Positions 1-9,503 of a DNA stretch of 64,000 nt are shown here, piece by piece. This DNA is from Pseudomonas aeruginosa PAO1. Its GTDB lineage: Bacteria > Pseudomonadota > Gammaproteobacteria > Pseudomonadales > Pseudomonadaceae. Location of the stretch: assembly GCF_000006765.1 (NCBI RefSeq), contig NC_002516.2; one strand, written 5' to 3'. Each line of letters starts with the position of its first letter. The first letter of the stretch is position 1. A program made the position numbers and the translations under genes. The notes under the pieces were generated by a model. The model saw only the letters and a list, made by a program, of their open reading frames with translations. It ran no database searches and had not been told where the DNA came from.

Positions 1-395
1 ATCCGGTCGTCCAGTTGCAGGACCACTTCCAGGCGCGGGTTGCGCGCCATGAATTCCATCACCAGCGGCCCCAGCCAGAGCGTGCCGAAGCTCATCGGCG
101 CCATCACCCGCAATTCCCCGCACAGGTCGTTCTCGCGCAGGGCCACGCTTTCCGCGGCGTTGTTCAGGTCCTGCAGCGAGGCCTTGGCCGACTTGTAGAA
201 GAAGCCGCCGGCCTCGGTCGGCTCGACGTTGCGCGTCGAGCGGTAGAGCAGGCGCACGCCGAGGTGGCGCTCCAGGTCGCTGACGCGTTTGCTGATCACG
301 GACTTGGACAGGCTCATGCGTTCGGCGGCGGCGCTGATGCTGCCCAGCTCGACCACGTTGAGGAAGGCCTGTATGTCTTCAAGGCGCAGGCTCAT
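1..395 (-). CDS. LysR-family transcriptional regulator (5' part only; runs off the window start)
   Basis: ATG at 395 reads MSLRLEDIQAFLNVVELGSISAAAERMSLSKSVISKRVSDLERHLGVRLLYRSTR, a LysR HTH. Divergent from the hydrolase gene. Absent from the ORF track because it is truncated. Confidence 0.92.
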   Translation of the reverse strand, partial: MSLRLEDIQAFLNVVELGSISAAAERMSLSKSVISKRVSDLERHLGVRLLYRSTRNVEPTEAGGFFYKSAKASLQDLNNAAESVALRENDLCGELRVMAPMSFGTLWLGPLVMEFMARNPRLEVVLQLDDR

Positions 396-695
396 GGCGA
401 ATCTCGAAACAATCGGGAGGCAGACTGTCGCATGCGGGAGAACTCCTGGTAAGGGGATGCGCGCGTCGCACGTACGGGAAAGACAATGGCAGGGCAAGCG
501 TAGCGCGCCCGGGGAATGGCATTGTTCTCGTATCGAGAACACCGTTTTCGCATTTTACCGGGCGGTAAATCGCTGTCGCTGTCACTACTCTTGATGGGCG
601 GCGTGCGCTCCCGAGACCGCCCATGCTTGCCTCCCAGGAGGCGCTTCGTTTCACACCGCGCGGCGACGGACGCCGCCCGAGACCGGAGAAACACC

Positions 696-1313
696 ATGTC
701 CTTCACCTACAAGCGACTCGACAAGAACGATGCGGCGGTGCTGTTCGTCGACCACCAGGCAGGCCTGCTCTCCCTGGTCCGCGATTTCAGCCCGGACGAG
801 TTCAAGAACAATGTCCTGGCATTGGCCGACATCGCCAGGTTCTTCAACCTGCCGACCATCCTCACCACCAGCTTCGAGGATGGCCCCAACGGCCCGCTGG
901 TGCCGGAACTCAAGGAAATGTTTCCGCAGGCCCCGTACATCGCCCGCCCCGGCAACATCAACGCCTGGGACAACGAGGACTTCGTCAAGGCGGTCAAGGC
1001 CACCGGCAAGAAGCAACTGATCATCGCCGGCGTGGTGACCGATGTCTGCGTAGCCTTCCCGACCCTCTCGGCGCTGGAGGAGGGGTTTGACGTATTCGTC
1101 GTCACCGACGCCTCCGGCACCTTCAACCCGGTGGTGCGCGACGCCGCCTGGGCGCGCATGACCGCCGCCGGCGCGCAACTGATGAACTGGTTCAGCGTCG
1201 GCTGCGAACTGCACCGCGACTGGCGCAACGACATCGAAGGCTTCGGTGCCATCCTCGGCGGCCACCTGCCGGCGTACGCCAACCTGATCCAGAGCTTCGG
1301 CACGAAGAAGTAA
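696..1313 (+). CDS. ycaC: Isochorismatase-family cysteine hydrolase (YcaC-like), 205 aa
   Basis: RBS GGAGA before ATG 696; motifs FVDHQAGLL, INAWDN, GVVTDVCVAFP (catalytic Cys). Confidence 0.88.
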   Translation: MSFTYKRLDKNDAAVLFVDHQAGLLSLVRDFSPDEFKNNVLALADIARFFNLPTILTTSFEDGPNGPLVPELKEMFPQAPYIARPGNINAWDNEDFVKAVKATGKKQLIIAGVVTDVCVAFPTLSALEEGFDVFVVTDASGTFNPVVRDAAWARMTAAGAQLMNWFSVGCELHRDWRNDIEGFGAILGGHLPAYANLIQSFGTKK

Positions 1314-1334
1314 GCCGGCTTCGCCGCTGTCCCG

Positions 1335-1375
1335 GACACAAGGCACTCCGACCATCGGGTGCCTTGTGTCGTTTT
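1335..1375 (+). terminator. Rho-independent terminator-like hairpin
   Basis: GACACAAGGCAC...GTGCCTTGTGTC 12-bp stem followed by GTTTT, just after the stop at 1313. Confidence 0.7.
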
Positions 1376-1456
1376 CCGTCCAGGTGTTTTCATCGGAACG
1401 CCGCTTCGCCGGAACCCGAGGTTCCGGCACGCCCCCCCATGCACAGGAGAAACCCC

Positions 1457-1864
1457 ATGGCTACCCAGGTCGTCAACGCTTCCCTCGGCACCACCCCTTA
1501 TCGCGTGACCCTCGGCGACGACAGCCACCAGTGGCTGAGCGACGTGCCGGCCGCCCTCGGCGGCGGCGACAGTGGTCCCTCGCCGCACGAGATCCTGCTC
1601 TCGGCGCTGGGCGCCTGCACGGCGATCACCGTGGCGATGTACGCGCAGCGCAAGGAGTGGCCGCTGGAGGGTATCGACGTGCAACTGAACATCGTCGAGG
1701 AACGCACCAAGCCGGAGCCCTTCACCCATATCCGCCGCGACATCCGCCTGGCCGGCGATCTCGACGCCGAGCAGCGCCAGCGTCTGCTGGAGATCGCCAA
1801 TGCCTGCCCGATCCATCGTGTACTCTCCGGAGAGGTCAGCGTCAGCAGCCAGCTACGCGACTGA
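1457..1864 (+). CDS. OsmC/Ohr-family protein, 135 aa
   Basis: RBS AGGAGA; GPSPHEILLSALGACTAIT and ANACPIHRVL (two conserved Cys). Confidence 0.9.
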   Translation: MATQVVNASLGTTPYRVTLGDDSHQWLSDVPAALGGGDSGPSPHEILLSALGACTAITVAMYAQRKEWPLEGIDVQLNIVEERTKPEPFTHIRRDIRLAGDLDAEQRQRLLEIANACPIHRVLSGEVSVSSQLRD

Positions 1865-1891
1865 ACCCGCACGCACAACGAGGAGCACGGC

Positions 1892-2449
1892 ATGAGCGAC
1901 GACATCAAGGTATTGGGCATTTCCGGCAGCCTGCGCAGCGGCTCCTACAACAGCGCGGCGCTGCAGGAGGCGATTGGCCTGGTCCCGCCGGGCATGAGCA
2001 TCGAGCTGGCGGACATCTCCGGCATCCCGCTGTACAACGAGGACGTCTACGCCCTCGGCTTCCCGCCCGCGGTGGAACGCTTCCGCGAGCAGATTCGCGC
2101 GGCGGACGCGCTGCTGTTCGCCACCCCGGAATACAACTATTCGATGGCCGGGGTGCTGAAGAATGCCATCGACTGGGCCTCGCGGCCGCCGGAGCAGCCG
2201 TTCTCCGGCAAGCCGGCGGCGATCCTCGGCGCCAGCGCCGGGCGTTTCGGCACCGCGCGGGCGCAGTATCACTTGCGCCAGACGCTGGTGTTCCTCGACG
2301 TTCATCCGCTGAACAAGCCGGAAGTGATGATCTCCAGCGCGCAGAACGCCTTCGATGCCCAGGGCCGGCTGCTCGACGACAAGGCGCGCGAGCTGATCCA
2401 GCAGCAGTTGCAGGCCCTGCAGCTATGGGTGCGCCGCCTGCGCGGTTGA
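1892..2449 (+). CDS. NAD(P)H-dependent FMN/quinone reductase (ChrR/YieF family), 185 aa
   Basis: GISGSLRSGSYN, TPEYNYSMAGVLKNAIDWASR, GASAGRFG motifs. Confidence 0.93.
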   Translation: MSDDIKVLGISGSLRSGSYNSAALQEAIGLVPPGMSIELADISGIPLYNEDVYALGFPPAVERFREQIRAADALLFATPEYNYSMAGVLKNAIDWASRPPEQPFSGKPAAILGASAGRFGTARAQYHLRQTLVFLDVHPLNKPEVMISSAQNAFDAQGRLLDDKARELIQQQLQALQLWVRRLRG

Positions 2450-2475
2450 ATGCCTCGTCACCGGAGAGCCTGAAC

Positions 2476-3423
2476 ATGAGCAATACCGAAGAGCGTTGCG
2501 ACCTGTCCTCCTCGCGGGACTGTCCGGAACGCCACGAACACCTGCTGCAACGGGTCACCGCGCGTGCCGCGGAAATCGGCGGCGGGATCACCGTCAGTCG
2601 GCTGATGCCGTCGCGCCAGCGGCGGATGATCGGTGCCTGGTGCTTCCTCGACCATGCCGGTCCCGCCGAATTCGAACCTGGCGGCGGACTGGCCGTGGGC
2701 CCGCACCCGCACATCGGCCTGCAGACCTTTACCTGGATGATCCAGGGCGAGGCGTTGCACCGCGACAGCCTGGGCAACGTCCAGGTGATCCGCCCCGGCC
2801 AGGTCAACCTGATGACCGCCGGTCATGGCATCGCCCACACCGAGGAGTCGCTGCCCGACGAGCGCCACGCCCACGCCGCGCAGTTGTGGATCGCGCTGCC
2901 CTACGAGCAGCGCGACATCGCCCCGGCCTTCGACCATCATCCCGACCTGCCGCGCTGGCAGGAGCAGGGGGTCACCTTCACCCTGCTGGCCGGTGCGCTG
3001 GCCGGGCGACAGGCGCCGTGCCGGCTCTACTCGCCGCTGCTCGGTGCCGACCTGGCCTGCCACGACGCCTCGACCCTGCAACTGACGCTCGACCCGCACT
3101 TCGAGTACGGCCTGCTGCCGCTGGAAGGCGGGTTGGAAGTGGGCGGCGAGCATTTCGCGGTGAACGAACTGGCCTACCTGGGCGACGGCCGCGACGGCCT
3201 GCAACTGCAACTCGACCCTGGCGCGCGGGTGCTGTTGCTGGGTGGCGCACCGTTCGGTGCGGAGATCTTCATGTGGTGGAACTTCGTCGGCCACAGCAAG
3301 GGCGAGATCGCCCGGGCGCAGAAGGCCTGGGAGGAGGGGGATGCCCGCTTCGGCCGGCTCGACGCCCTGGAAGGGCCGCGCTTGAGCGCTCCGCCGATTC
3401 CCTGGAAGATCGACGCCGAGTGA
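2476..3423 (+). CDS. Pirin-family bicupin protein, 315 aa
   Basis: GAWCFLDH, VGPHPHIGLQTFTW, HRDSLG, NLMTAGHGIAHTE metal-binding motifs. Real start lies within the long 1366..3423 ORF. Confidence 0.92.
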   Translation: MSNTEERCDLSSSRDCPERHEHLLQRVTARAAEIGGGITVSRLMPSRQRRMIGAWCFLDHAGPAEFEPGGGLAVGPHPHIGLQTFTWMIQGEALHRDSLGNVQVIRPGQVNLMTAGHGIAHTEESLPDERHAHAAQLWIALPYEQRDIAPAFDHHPDLPRWQEQGVTFTLLAGALAGRQAPCRLYSPLLGADLACHDASTLQLTLDPHFEYGLLPLEGGLEVGGEHFAVNELAYLGDGRDGLQLQLDPGARVLLLGGAPFGAEIFMWWNFVGHSKGEIARAQKAWEEGDARFGRLDALEGPRLSAPPIPWKIDAE

Positions 3424-3582
3424 GGTCGATGTGCCGCCGGGTGCCCCGGCGGCGTCCTCGAATGCCTGTCGGCGATCGTTGTGGACCTGCGGCCTGGCGA
3501 TTCGCCGGCAGCGGGAAAACTTTCTGCACCCATCGCCGGTCAGAACTCGCCTATCGCATGCACCGAACAGGAAGTGAGCCAC

Positions 3583-4056
3583 ATGCAATTCGAACACCTG
3601 GTCCAGGTCAACGACCGGACACTTGTCGACCTGCCGGTCCTCGACCGGCTGCAACTCTGGGAAGGCCTGGTCTGCCGTGCGCGCGAGCCACAGTATTTCG
3701 TCGTCGGCCTGGAGCGTTTCGAGATCCTCGTCGATGACGGCGACCGCCTGCACCGGCGCCTGTACCTGCCGGGTCTGGTGGTCGAGGACGAAGTCGTGCT
3801 GAAGGCGCCGGACAGTGCCCACTACAGTATCAAGCCGAGCGCCGAGGTGGCCGGCGGCAGCCTCGACATGACCATCGAGGAGCCGGAACCCGGCTCGCTG
3901 TTCGTGCGTTTCGCCTACTGCACCCGCTACCTGCAGCCGCTGGGCGACGAACTACCCTACGACGCCTTCGTCAAGCAGGCCTATATCGCCATGGATGTGG
4001 AGACCATCGCCACCATCCGCGACCGGTTCGGCGCCAGCGCCGCCAGCGGGAGTTGA
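3583..4056 (+). CDS. DUF1857/AtaL-like (START/SRPBCC-type) protein, 157 aa
   Basis: RBS-like AGGAAG before ATG; QLWEGLVCRAREPQYFV resembles DUF1857. Family call is from recall. Confidence 0.6.
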   Translation: MQFEHLVQVNDRTLVDLPVLDRLQLWEGLVCRAREPQYFVVGLERFEILVDDGDRLHRRLYLPGLVVEDEVVLKAPDSAHYSIKPSAEVAGGSLDMTIEEPEPGSLFVRFAYCTRYLQPLGDELPYDAFVKQAYIAMDVETIATIRDRFGASAASGS

Positions 4057-4058
4057 GC

Positions 4059-5900
4059 GTGGAACACGGAAGCAGTTTTCTCCAGTCCGGCGTGGTCTTC
4101 CTGATCGCGGCGGTGTTCATGGTGCCGCTGGCCAAGCGTCTGCAACTGGGCGCGGTGCTCGGCTACCTGCTGGCCGGCGTGCTGATCGGTCCCAGCGTGC
4201 TGGGCCTGGTGGACAACCCGGAAAGCGTCGCGCAGATCTCCGAGATGGGCGTGGTATTGCTGCTGTTCATCATCGGCCTGGAGCTGTCGCCGCGGCGCCT
4301 GTGGGTGATGCGCAAGTCGGTGTTCGGCGTCGGCCTGCTGCAGGTGCTGCTGACCGGCCTGGTGATCGGCACCGTGGCCCTGGTCGGCTTCGACCAGCCG
4401 GTGAACAGCGCGGTGGTGCTCGGCCTGGGCCTGGCGCTGTCGTCCACCGCCTTCGGCCTGCAGATCCTCGCCGAGCGCAAGGAACTGACCCAGCCCCATG
4501 GCCGCCTGGCCTTCGCCATCCTGCTGTTCCAGGACATCGCGGCGATCCCGCTGATCGCCATGATCCCGCTGCTCAGCGGTGCGCACAGCGACGCCGGCGG
4601 CAGCGAACTGACCCAGACCCTCAAGGTGGTCGGCAGCATCGCCGCGGTGGTGGTCGGTGGCCGCTACCTGCTGCGCCCGGTGTTCCGTATCGTCGCCCAG
4701 ACCAAGCTGCAGGACATGTCCACCGCCACCGCGCTGCTGGTGGTGATGGGCACCGCGCTGCTGATGGAGCTGGCCGGCGTGTCCATGGCCCTCGGTGCCT
4801 TCCTCGCCGGCCTGCTGCTGGCCGACTCGGAGTACCGCCACGAACTGGAGGCGCAGATCGAGCCGTTCAAGGGCCTGTTGCTCGGCCTGTTCTTCATCAG
4901 CGTGGGGATGAGCGCGGACATCAGCCTGCTGCTCAAGTCGCCGTGGATGGTGCTCGGCCTGACCGTGCTGCTGATCGCCCTGAAGGCGCCGGTGCTGTAC
5001 TTCGTCGGACGCATTTCCGGCGGCCTCGACAAGGCCTCGGCGCTGCGCCTGGGCGTGGTCCTGGCGGCCGGCGGCGAGTTCGCCTTCGTCGTGTTCAAGA
5101 TGGCCCGCGACCAGGGCCTGTTCCAGAACGACCTGCACAACCTGCTGGTGCTTTCCATCACCCTGTCGATGGCCCTGACCCCGTTGCTGGTACTCGGCCT
5201 CGCGCGCCTGCTGGCGAAGGAGCCGGAGGCGACGAAGCCGCCGCCGGAAATGGAACGCATCGACAACGACGACACCCCGCGCGTGGTGATCGCCGGGGTC
5301 GGCCGCATGGGCCAGATCGTCGCTCGCGTGCTGCGCGCCCAGCGCGTGCCGTTCATCGCCCTGGACACCTCGGTGGAGACCATCGAGCTGACCCGTACCC
5401 TCGGCGCGATCCCGATCTTCTACGGCGACCCGATGCGCCCGGAGATCCTTCGCGCGGCCCAGGTAGAGAAGGCCGAGTTCTTCGTCATCGCCACCGATGA
5501 CCCGGAGACCAACATCGAGACGGCCAAGCGCGTGCGCAAGCTGTATCCGCACCTGAAGATCATCGCTCGCGCGCGTAACCGCCAGCACGTCCACCTGTTG
5601 CTCGACGCCGGGGTCGAGCCGGTGCGCGAGACCTTCTTCTCCAGCCTGGAGATGAGCCGCATGGTGCTCTGCGGCCTGGGTCTGAGCGAGGAACAGGCGG
5701 ACGCGCGGATCCGTCGTTTCCGCCGGCACGACGAAGAGGTCCTGGCCTCCCAGCACCTGTTCTACAACGACCGCGACGCGCTGATCAAAAGCGCTCGCGA
5801 GGCGCGGGTCGAGCTGGAGACGCTGTTCCAGACCGACCAGTTGGAAGACCGTGGCGCGGTAGCGGCGGAGACCCCGGAGAAACCTTCCCGCGCCTCCTAG
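4059..5900 (+). CDS. kefB: Glutathione-regulated K+ efflux antiporter (CPA2 + KTN), 613 aa
   Basis: Many TM helices; ALSSTA, FQDIAAIP, ELEAQIEPFKGLLLGLFF; C-terminal KTN domain IAGVGRMGQ. GTG start. Confidence 0.92.
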   Translation: MEHGSSFLQSGVVFLIAAVFMVPLAKRLQLGAVLGYLLAGVLIGPSVLGLVDNPESVAQISEMGVVLLLFIIGLELSPRRLWVMRKSVFGVGLLQVLLTGLVIGTVALVGFDQPVNSAVVLGLGLALSSTAFGLQILAERKELTQPHGRLAFAILLFQDIAAIPLIAMIPLLSGAHSDAGGSELTQTLKVVGSIAAVVVGGRYLLRPVFRIVAQTKLQDMSTATALLVVMGTALLMELAGVSMALGAFLAGLLLADSEYRHELEAQIEPFKGLLLGLFFISVGMSADISLLLKSPWMVLGLTVLLIALKAPVLYFVGRISGGLDKASALRLGVVLAAGGEFAFVVFKMARDQGLFQNDLHNLLVLSITLSMALTPLLVLGLARLLAKEPEATKPPPEMERIDNDDTPRVVIAGVGRMGQIVARVLRAQRVPFIALDTSVETIELTRTLGAIPIFYGDPMRPEILRAAQVEKAEFFVIATDDPETNIETAKRVRKLYPHLKIIARARNRQHVHLLLDAGVEPVRETFFSSLEMSRMVLCGLGLSEEQADARIRRFRRHDEEVLASQHLFYNDRDALIKSAREARVELETLFQTDQLEDRGAVAAETPEKPSRAS

Positions 5901-5906
5901 CGCCCG

Positions 5907-5932
5907 ACCCATGCCGGTACGCCGGCATGGGT
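5907..5932. terminator. Perfect hairpin downstream of kefB
   Basis: ACCCATGCCGG-TACG-CCGGCATGGGT; no strong U-tract. Confidence 0.5.
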
Positions 5933-6066
5933 GATTCCCACGCCTGGGTCCATACTTTGCGGATATCGCAGTACGAAGGTTGGGATACCCGCGCGGCATC
6001 CCCTCTGTAGGGTGGAGGGCATCAGCCCAGCAGACGGCTGGACGCTTCCGCCGATCGAGGAACCTT

Positions 6067-7566
6067 ATGCCTGTCGAACACCTGGACGTACTCATCGTCG
6101 GCGCCGGATTGTCCGGCGTCGGCGCCGCCTACCACCTGATGAAGCATTGCCCCGGCAAGAGCTTCGCCCTGCTCGAAGGGCGCGCGGCGATGGGCGGTAC
6201 CTGGGACCTGTTCCGCTACCCCGGCATCCGTTCCGACTCGGACATGTTCACCCTCGGCTACAACTTCAAGCCATGGAGCGATCCTAAGGCCATCGCCGAC
6301 GGTCCGTCGATCCGCCGCTACATCGAGGAGACCGCACGGGAGAACGGCATCGACCGGAAGATCCGCTACCGCCACCGGGTGCTCAGGGCCGACTGGGATT
6401 CCGCCAATGCGCGCTGGAACCTCGACGTGCAGCGCGGCGACGAGCCCGAGCCGCTGCGCATGACCGCGCAGTTCCTGCTGATGTGCACCGGCTACTACCG
6501 CTACGAGGCCGGCTATACCCCGGAATTCGTCGGTCGCGAGGACTTCGCCGGGCAGGTCGTCCATCCGCAGCTGTGGCCCGAGGACCTCGACTACAGCGGC
6601 AAGAAGGTGGTGGTGATCGGTAGCGGCGCGACCGCCGTGACCCTGGTGCCGTCGCTGACCGACAAGGCCGCCCACGTCACCATGCTGCAGCGCTCGCCAT
6701 CCTACGTGATCACCCTGCCGCAGAAGGACGCGATCTCCAATTTCCTCCGCCGCTTCCTTCCGGAAACCTGGATCTACCGCCAGGCGCGGGCGCGCAACGT
6801 GGCCATGCAGATGGTCTTCTTCATGCTCGCCAGGACCTTCCCCGGCCTGGTCCGCAAGGCCCTGCTCAAGCTGGCCAGCCTGCAACTGGGCAAACGCTTC
6901 GACATACGTCACTTCAGCCCGCGCTACAAGCCGTGGGACGAGCGGGTCTGCGCGGTGCCGGACGGCGACCTGTTCAAGGTGCTGCGCAAGGGCAAGGCGT
7001 CGGTGGTCACCGAGCACATCGACCGCTTCGTCGAGCGGGGCATTCGCCTGAAGACCGGCGAGGTGCTGGAGGCGGACATCATCGTCACCGCCACCGGCCT
7101 CGACCTGGTGATGTTCGGCGGCGCCGAGCTGGCGGTCGACGGCAAGCCGTTCCTGGTCAACCAGAGCATGGGCTATCGCGGCATCATGCTGCGCGACCTG
7201 CCGAACCTGGCGGCGGTGGTCGGCTATACCAACGCCAGTTGGACGCTCAAGGCGGACCTCTCCAGCGAATACTTCTGCCGCCTGATCAATCACATGGATG
7301 CCACCGGCATGCGCCAGGTGACCGCCCGCGACAGCACCGGCGACGTGCGCGAGGAGCCCTTCCTCAACCTCGACTCCGGCTACATCCAGCGCGCCGCCGA
7401 GCGCATGCCCAAGCAGGGCGACCGGATGCCCTGGAAGCTTTACCAGAACTACGTCCTCGACCTGGCGCTGCTGCGCTACGGCAAGGTCGAGGACGGCTAC
7501 CTGGTGTTCTCCTCGCCGGCGCCGCAGCGGCAAGCCGGCGGCGCGGCGGTGCAGGCCCTGGGCTGA
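6067..7566 (+). CDS. Flavin-containing Baeyer-Villiger monooxygenase (EthA-like), 499 aa
   Basis: GAGLSG FAD motif, BVMO fingerprint FAGQVVHPQLWP, second Rossmann motif GSGATA. Confidence 0.9.
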   Translation: MPVEHLDVLIVGAGLSGVGAAYHLMKHCPGKSFALLEGRAAMGGTWDLFRYPGIRSDSDMFTLGYNFKPWSDPKAIADGPSIRRYIEETARENGIDRKIRYRHRVLRADWDSANARWNLDVQRGDEPEPLRMTAQFLLMCTGYYRYEAGYTPEFVGREDFAGQVVHPQLWPEDLDYSGKKVVVIGSGATAVTLVPSLTDKAAHVTMLQRSPSYVITLPQKDAISNFLRRFLPETWIYRQARARNVAMQMVFFMLARTFPGLVRKALLKLASLQLGKRFDIRHFSPRYKPWDERVCAVPDGDLFKVLRKGKASVVTEHIDRFVERGIRLKTGEVLEADIIVTATGLDLVMFGGAELAVDGKPFLVNQSMGYRGIMLRDLPNLAAVVGYTNASWTLKADLSSEYFCRLINHMDATGMRQVTARDSTGDVREEPFLNLDSGYIQRAAERMPKQGDRMPWKLYQNYVLDLALLRYGKVEDGYLVFSSPAPQRQAGGAAVQALG

Positions 7567-7582
7567 ACCCGGTGGGCGTCGC

Positions 7583-8518
7583 TCAGGCGTTCGCCACGAC
7601 CTGCCCGTAGGCCTTGCGCCAGGCGTCCAGGCCGCCGGCCAGCGCCCAGGTGCGGGTGAAGCCGGAGGCGTTGAGGCGCTGGGCGAGCATCGCGGCGGAA
7701 AGTTCGTGGGGACAGGCGCAATAGATGACGATGCTGGCGTCCCTGAGGTCGCCGGGGAGGTCCTTCAGCGACACGTTCAGCTCCACCGGGATGGCTCCCG
7801 GAATGCCGCTTGGCTCGTCTTCGTGATGGGCGCGGACATCGAGGATCACCGGCAATTGCCCCTGTTCGCGAAGGTTTTCCAGTTCCTCCACGCTGATTCG
7901 CGGAATCCGCCGGCTGCGCGACAGCAGGCGCTGGCGCTGCCAGAGCTTCCAGGCGATGAAGGCGGCGAAGGCGCCGGCGATCAGCAGCGCGCCGATGGCC
8001 GCGTAGTCGCTGAGCAGGGCCAGCAGGTGGTCTACCGCATCGCTGAAGATCACCCCCAGCAGCAGCGCGGAACCGGCCCAGAGTGCCGAGCCGGCGGCGT
8101 CGTAGGCGAGGAAGCGGCGCAGGTGGGTGCGGGTCATGCCGGCCAGGGTGGTGGACAACGCACTGGCGCCGGGCAGGAACTTCGACATCAGCAGCGCCCT
8201 CGGACCGACCCGCAGGTACATGTTCTGGCTCTGGCGGATGCAACTGTCCTGGGACAGCGAGACCTTGCAGATGCTGCGCAGGAGGAAGCCGCCGTAGCGG
8301 CGTCCGGCCAGGTACCAGGCGACGTCCGCCAGCAGGCAGGCGAGCACCACCACCAGCAGGACCACGCCCAGCGGCGCGCCGACGCCCTGCATGGCCAGCG
8401 CGCCGGCGACGATCAGCGCCGGGTAGGCGGGGATCGGCAGCCCGGCCTGCTCGCAGAGCACGTTGAGGAACAGCAGGAGCAGCCCGTGGTTCTCCAGCAG
8501 GGGTTGCAGTTCACGCAT
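7583..8518 (-). CDS. DedA-family membrane protein fused to a C-terminal rhodanese domain, 311 aa
   Basis: EQAGLPIPA and SKFLPG DedA motifs; ILDVR...IPGA...YCACPHE...LAGGLDAW rhodanese motifs. Confidence 0.88.
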   Translation of the reverse strand: MRELQPLLENHGLLLLFLNVLCEQAGLPIPAYPALIVAGALAMQGVGAPLGVVLLVVVLACLLADVAWYLAGRRYGGFLLRSICKVSLSQDSCIRQSQNMYLRVGPRALLMSKFLPGASALSTTLAGMTRTHLRRFLAYDAAGSALWAGSALLLGVIFSDAVDHLLALLSDYAAIGALLIAGAFAAFIAWKLWQRQRLLSRSRRIPRISVEELENLREQGQLPVILDVRAHHEDEPSGIPGAIPVELNVSLKDLPGDLRDASIVIYCACPHELSAAMLAQRLNASGFTRTWALAGGLDAWRKAYGQVVANA

Positions 8519-8652
8519 GGCGGAGCCTCTCGAATTCTTCTGCGGGTAGTGTGAGCGCGAAGCGTGAAGCTGGGAAGAACCCAGTCGGCAGGGCCGGAGG
8601 CGTTGCGGCGGATAACGCCGCTGCGTCGAGAGAGGCTGGGGCGCAACGAAAG

Positions 8653-8682
8653 CAGCCCCTCGCCCGTGGGGGCGAGGGGCTG
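8653..8682 (-). terminator. Terminator hairpin after the pirin gene
   Basis: 13-bp perfect stem CAGCCCCTCGCCC/GGGCGAGGGGCTG, followed by CTTTCGTT on the minus strand, immediately after the stop at 8688. Confidence 0.65.
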
Positions 8683-8687
8683 TCGGG

Positions 8688-9386
8688 TCAGGCCACTTCC
8701 ACCAGCAGCACTTCGCTGTCTTCCAGGGCGGTGACCTTCAGGGTCGGTTCGTCGCGTACCGCCAGGCCATCGCGGGCCTCGGCGCGCACGCCGTTGACCT
8801 CGATGCTGCCGGTGGCCGGCACCAGGTAGGCGCGGCGACCGTTTTCCAGGGCGTACTCGGCGCTCTGGCCGGCCTTCAGGGTCACCGCGGCGACCTCGGC
8901 GTCGGCGCGGATGTGCAGCGCTTCGCTGTCCTGCTCGTCGCCGCTGGCGAGAGTGACGAAACGACCGTCGCGCTCGGCCTTCGGGAACGGTTTGGAGCCC
9001 CAGCGCGGTTGGTCGCCGCGGCGGTCCGGGATGATCCAGATCTGGAAGATCCGGGTGGTCTCGGCTTCCAGGTTGTACTCCGAATGGACGATGCCGGTAC
9101 CGGCGCTCATCACCTGCACGTCACCGGCCTCGGTGCGGCCCTTGTTGCCCAGGCTGTCCTGGTGGGTGATCGCGCCTTCGCGGACATAGGTAATGATCTC
9201 CATGTCGCGGTGCGGGTGCGGCGGGAAGCCGCTGCCGGCGGCGATCTCGTCATCGTTCCAGACCCGCAGGCGGCCCCAGTCCTCGCGCTCCGGGTCATAG
9301 TAGTCGGCGAAGGAAAAATGATGACGCGCGTTCAGCCAGCCGTGGTTGGCATGGCCCAGACGGTCGAAGGGACGACGTTCGATCAT
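8688..9386 (-). CDS. Pirin/YhhW-like quercetinase-family protein, 232 aa
   Basis: HHFSFADYYDP, GFPPHPHRDMEIITYV, HQDSLG, MSAGTGIVHSE. Confidence 0.93.
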   Translation of the reverse strand: MIERRPFDRLGHANHGWLNARHHFSFADYYDPEREDWGRLRVWNDDEIAAGSGFPPHPHRDMEIITYVREGAITHQDSLGNKGRTEAGDVQVMSAGTGIVHSEYNLEAETTRIFQIWIIPDRRGDQPRWGSKPFPKAERDGRFVTLASGDEQDSEALHIRADAEVAAVTLKAGQSAEYALENGRRAYLVPATGSIEVNGVRAEARDGLAVRDEPTLKVTALEDSEVLLVEVA

Positions 9387-9503
9387 GATCGGATCTCCAT
9401 TGGGCCCGTCGCCGCTCGTTTGCGCGAGGGTGCGGGCGGTTGATGGGGTCATCATCCGTCAGATCATTGCGATAAAAAAGCGCGTATTTTTGGCTTTATC
9501 TAT

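Noticed and set aside
707-7533. Long overlapping or antisense ORFs (707..1816, 2458..3822, 3981..6095, 6022..7533, upstream part of 1366..3423)
   Set aside because: They are shadows of well-supported genes in high-GC DNA, with Arg/Pro/Ala-rich translations and no family motifs.
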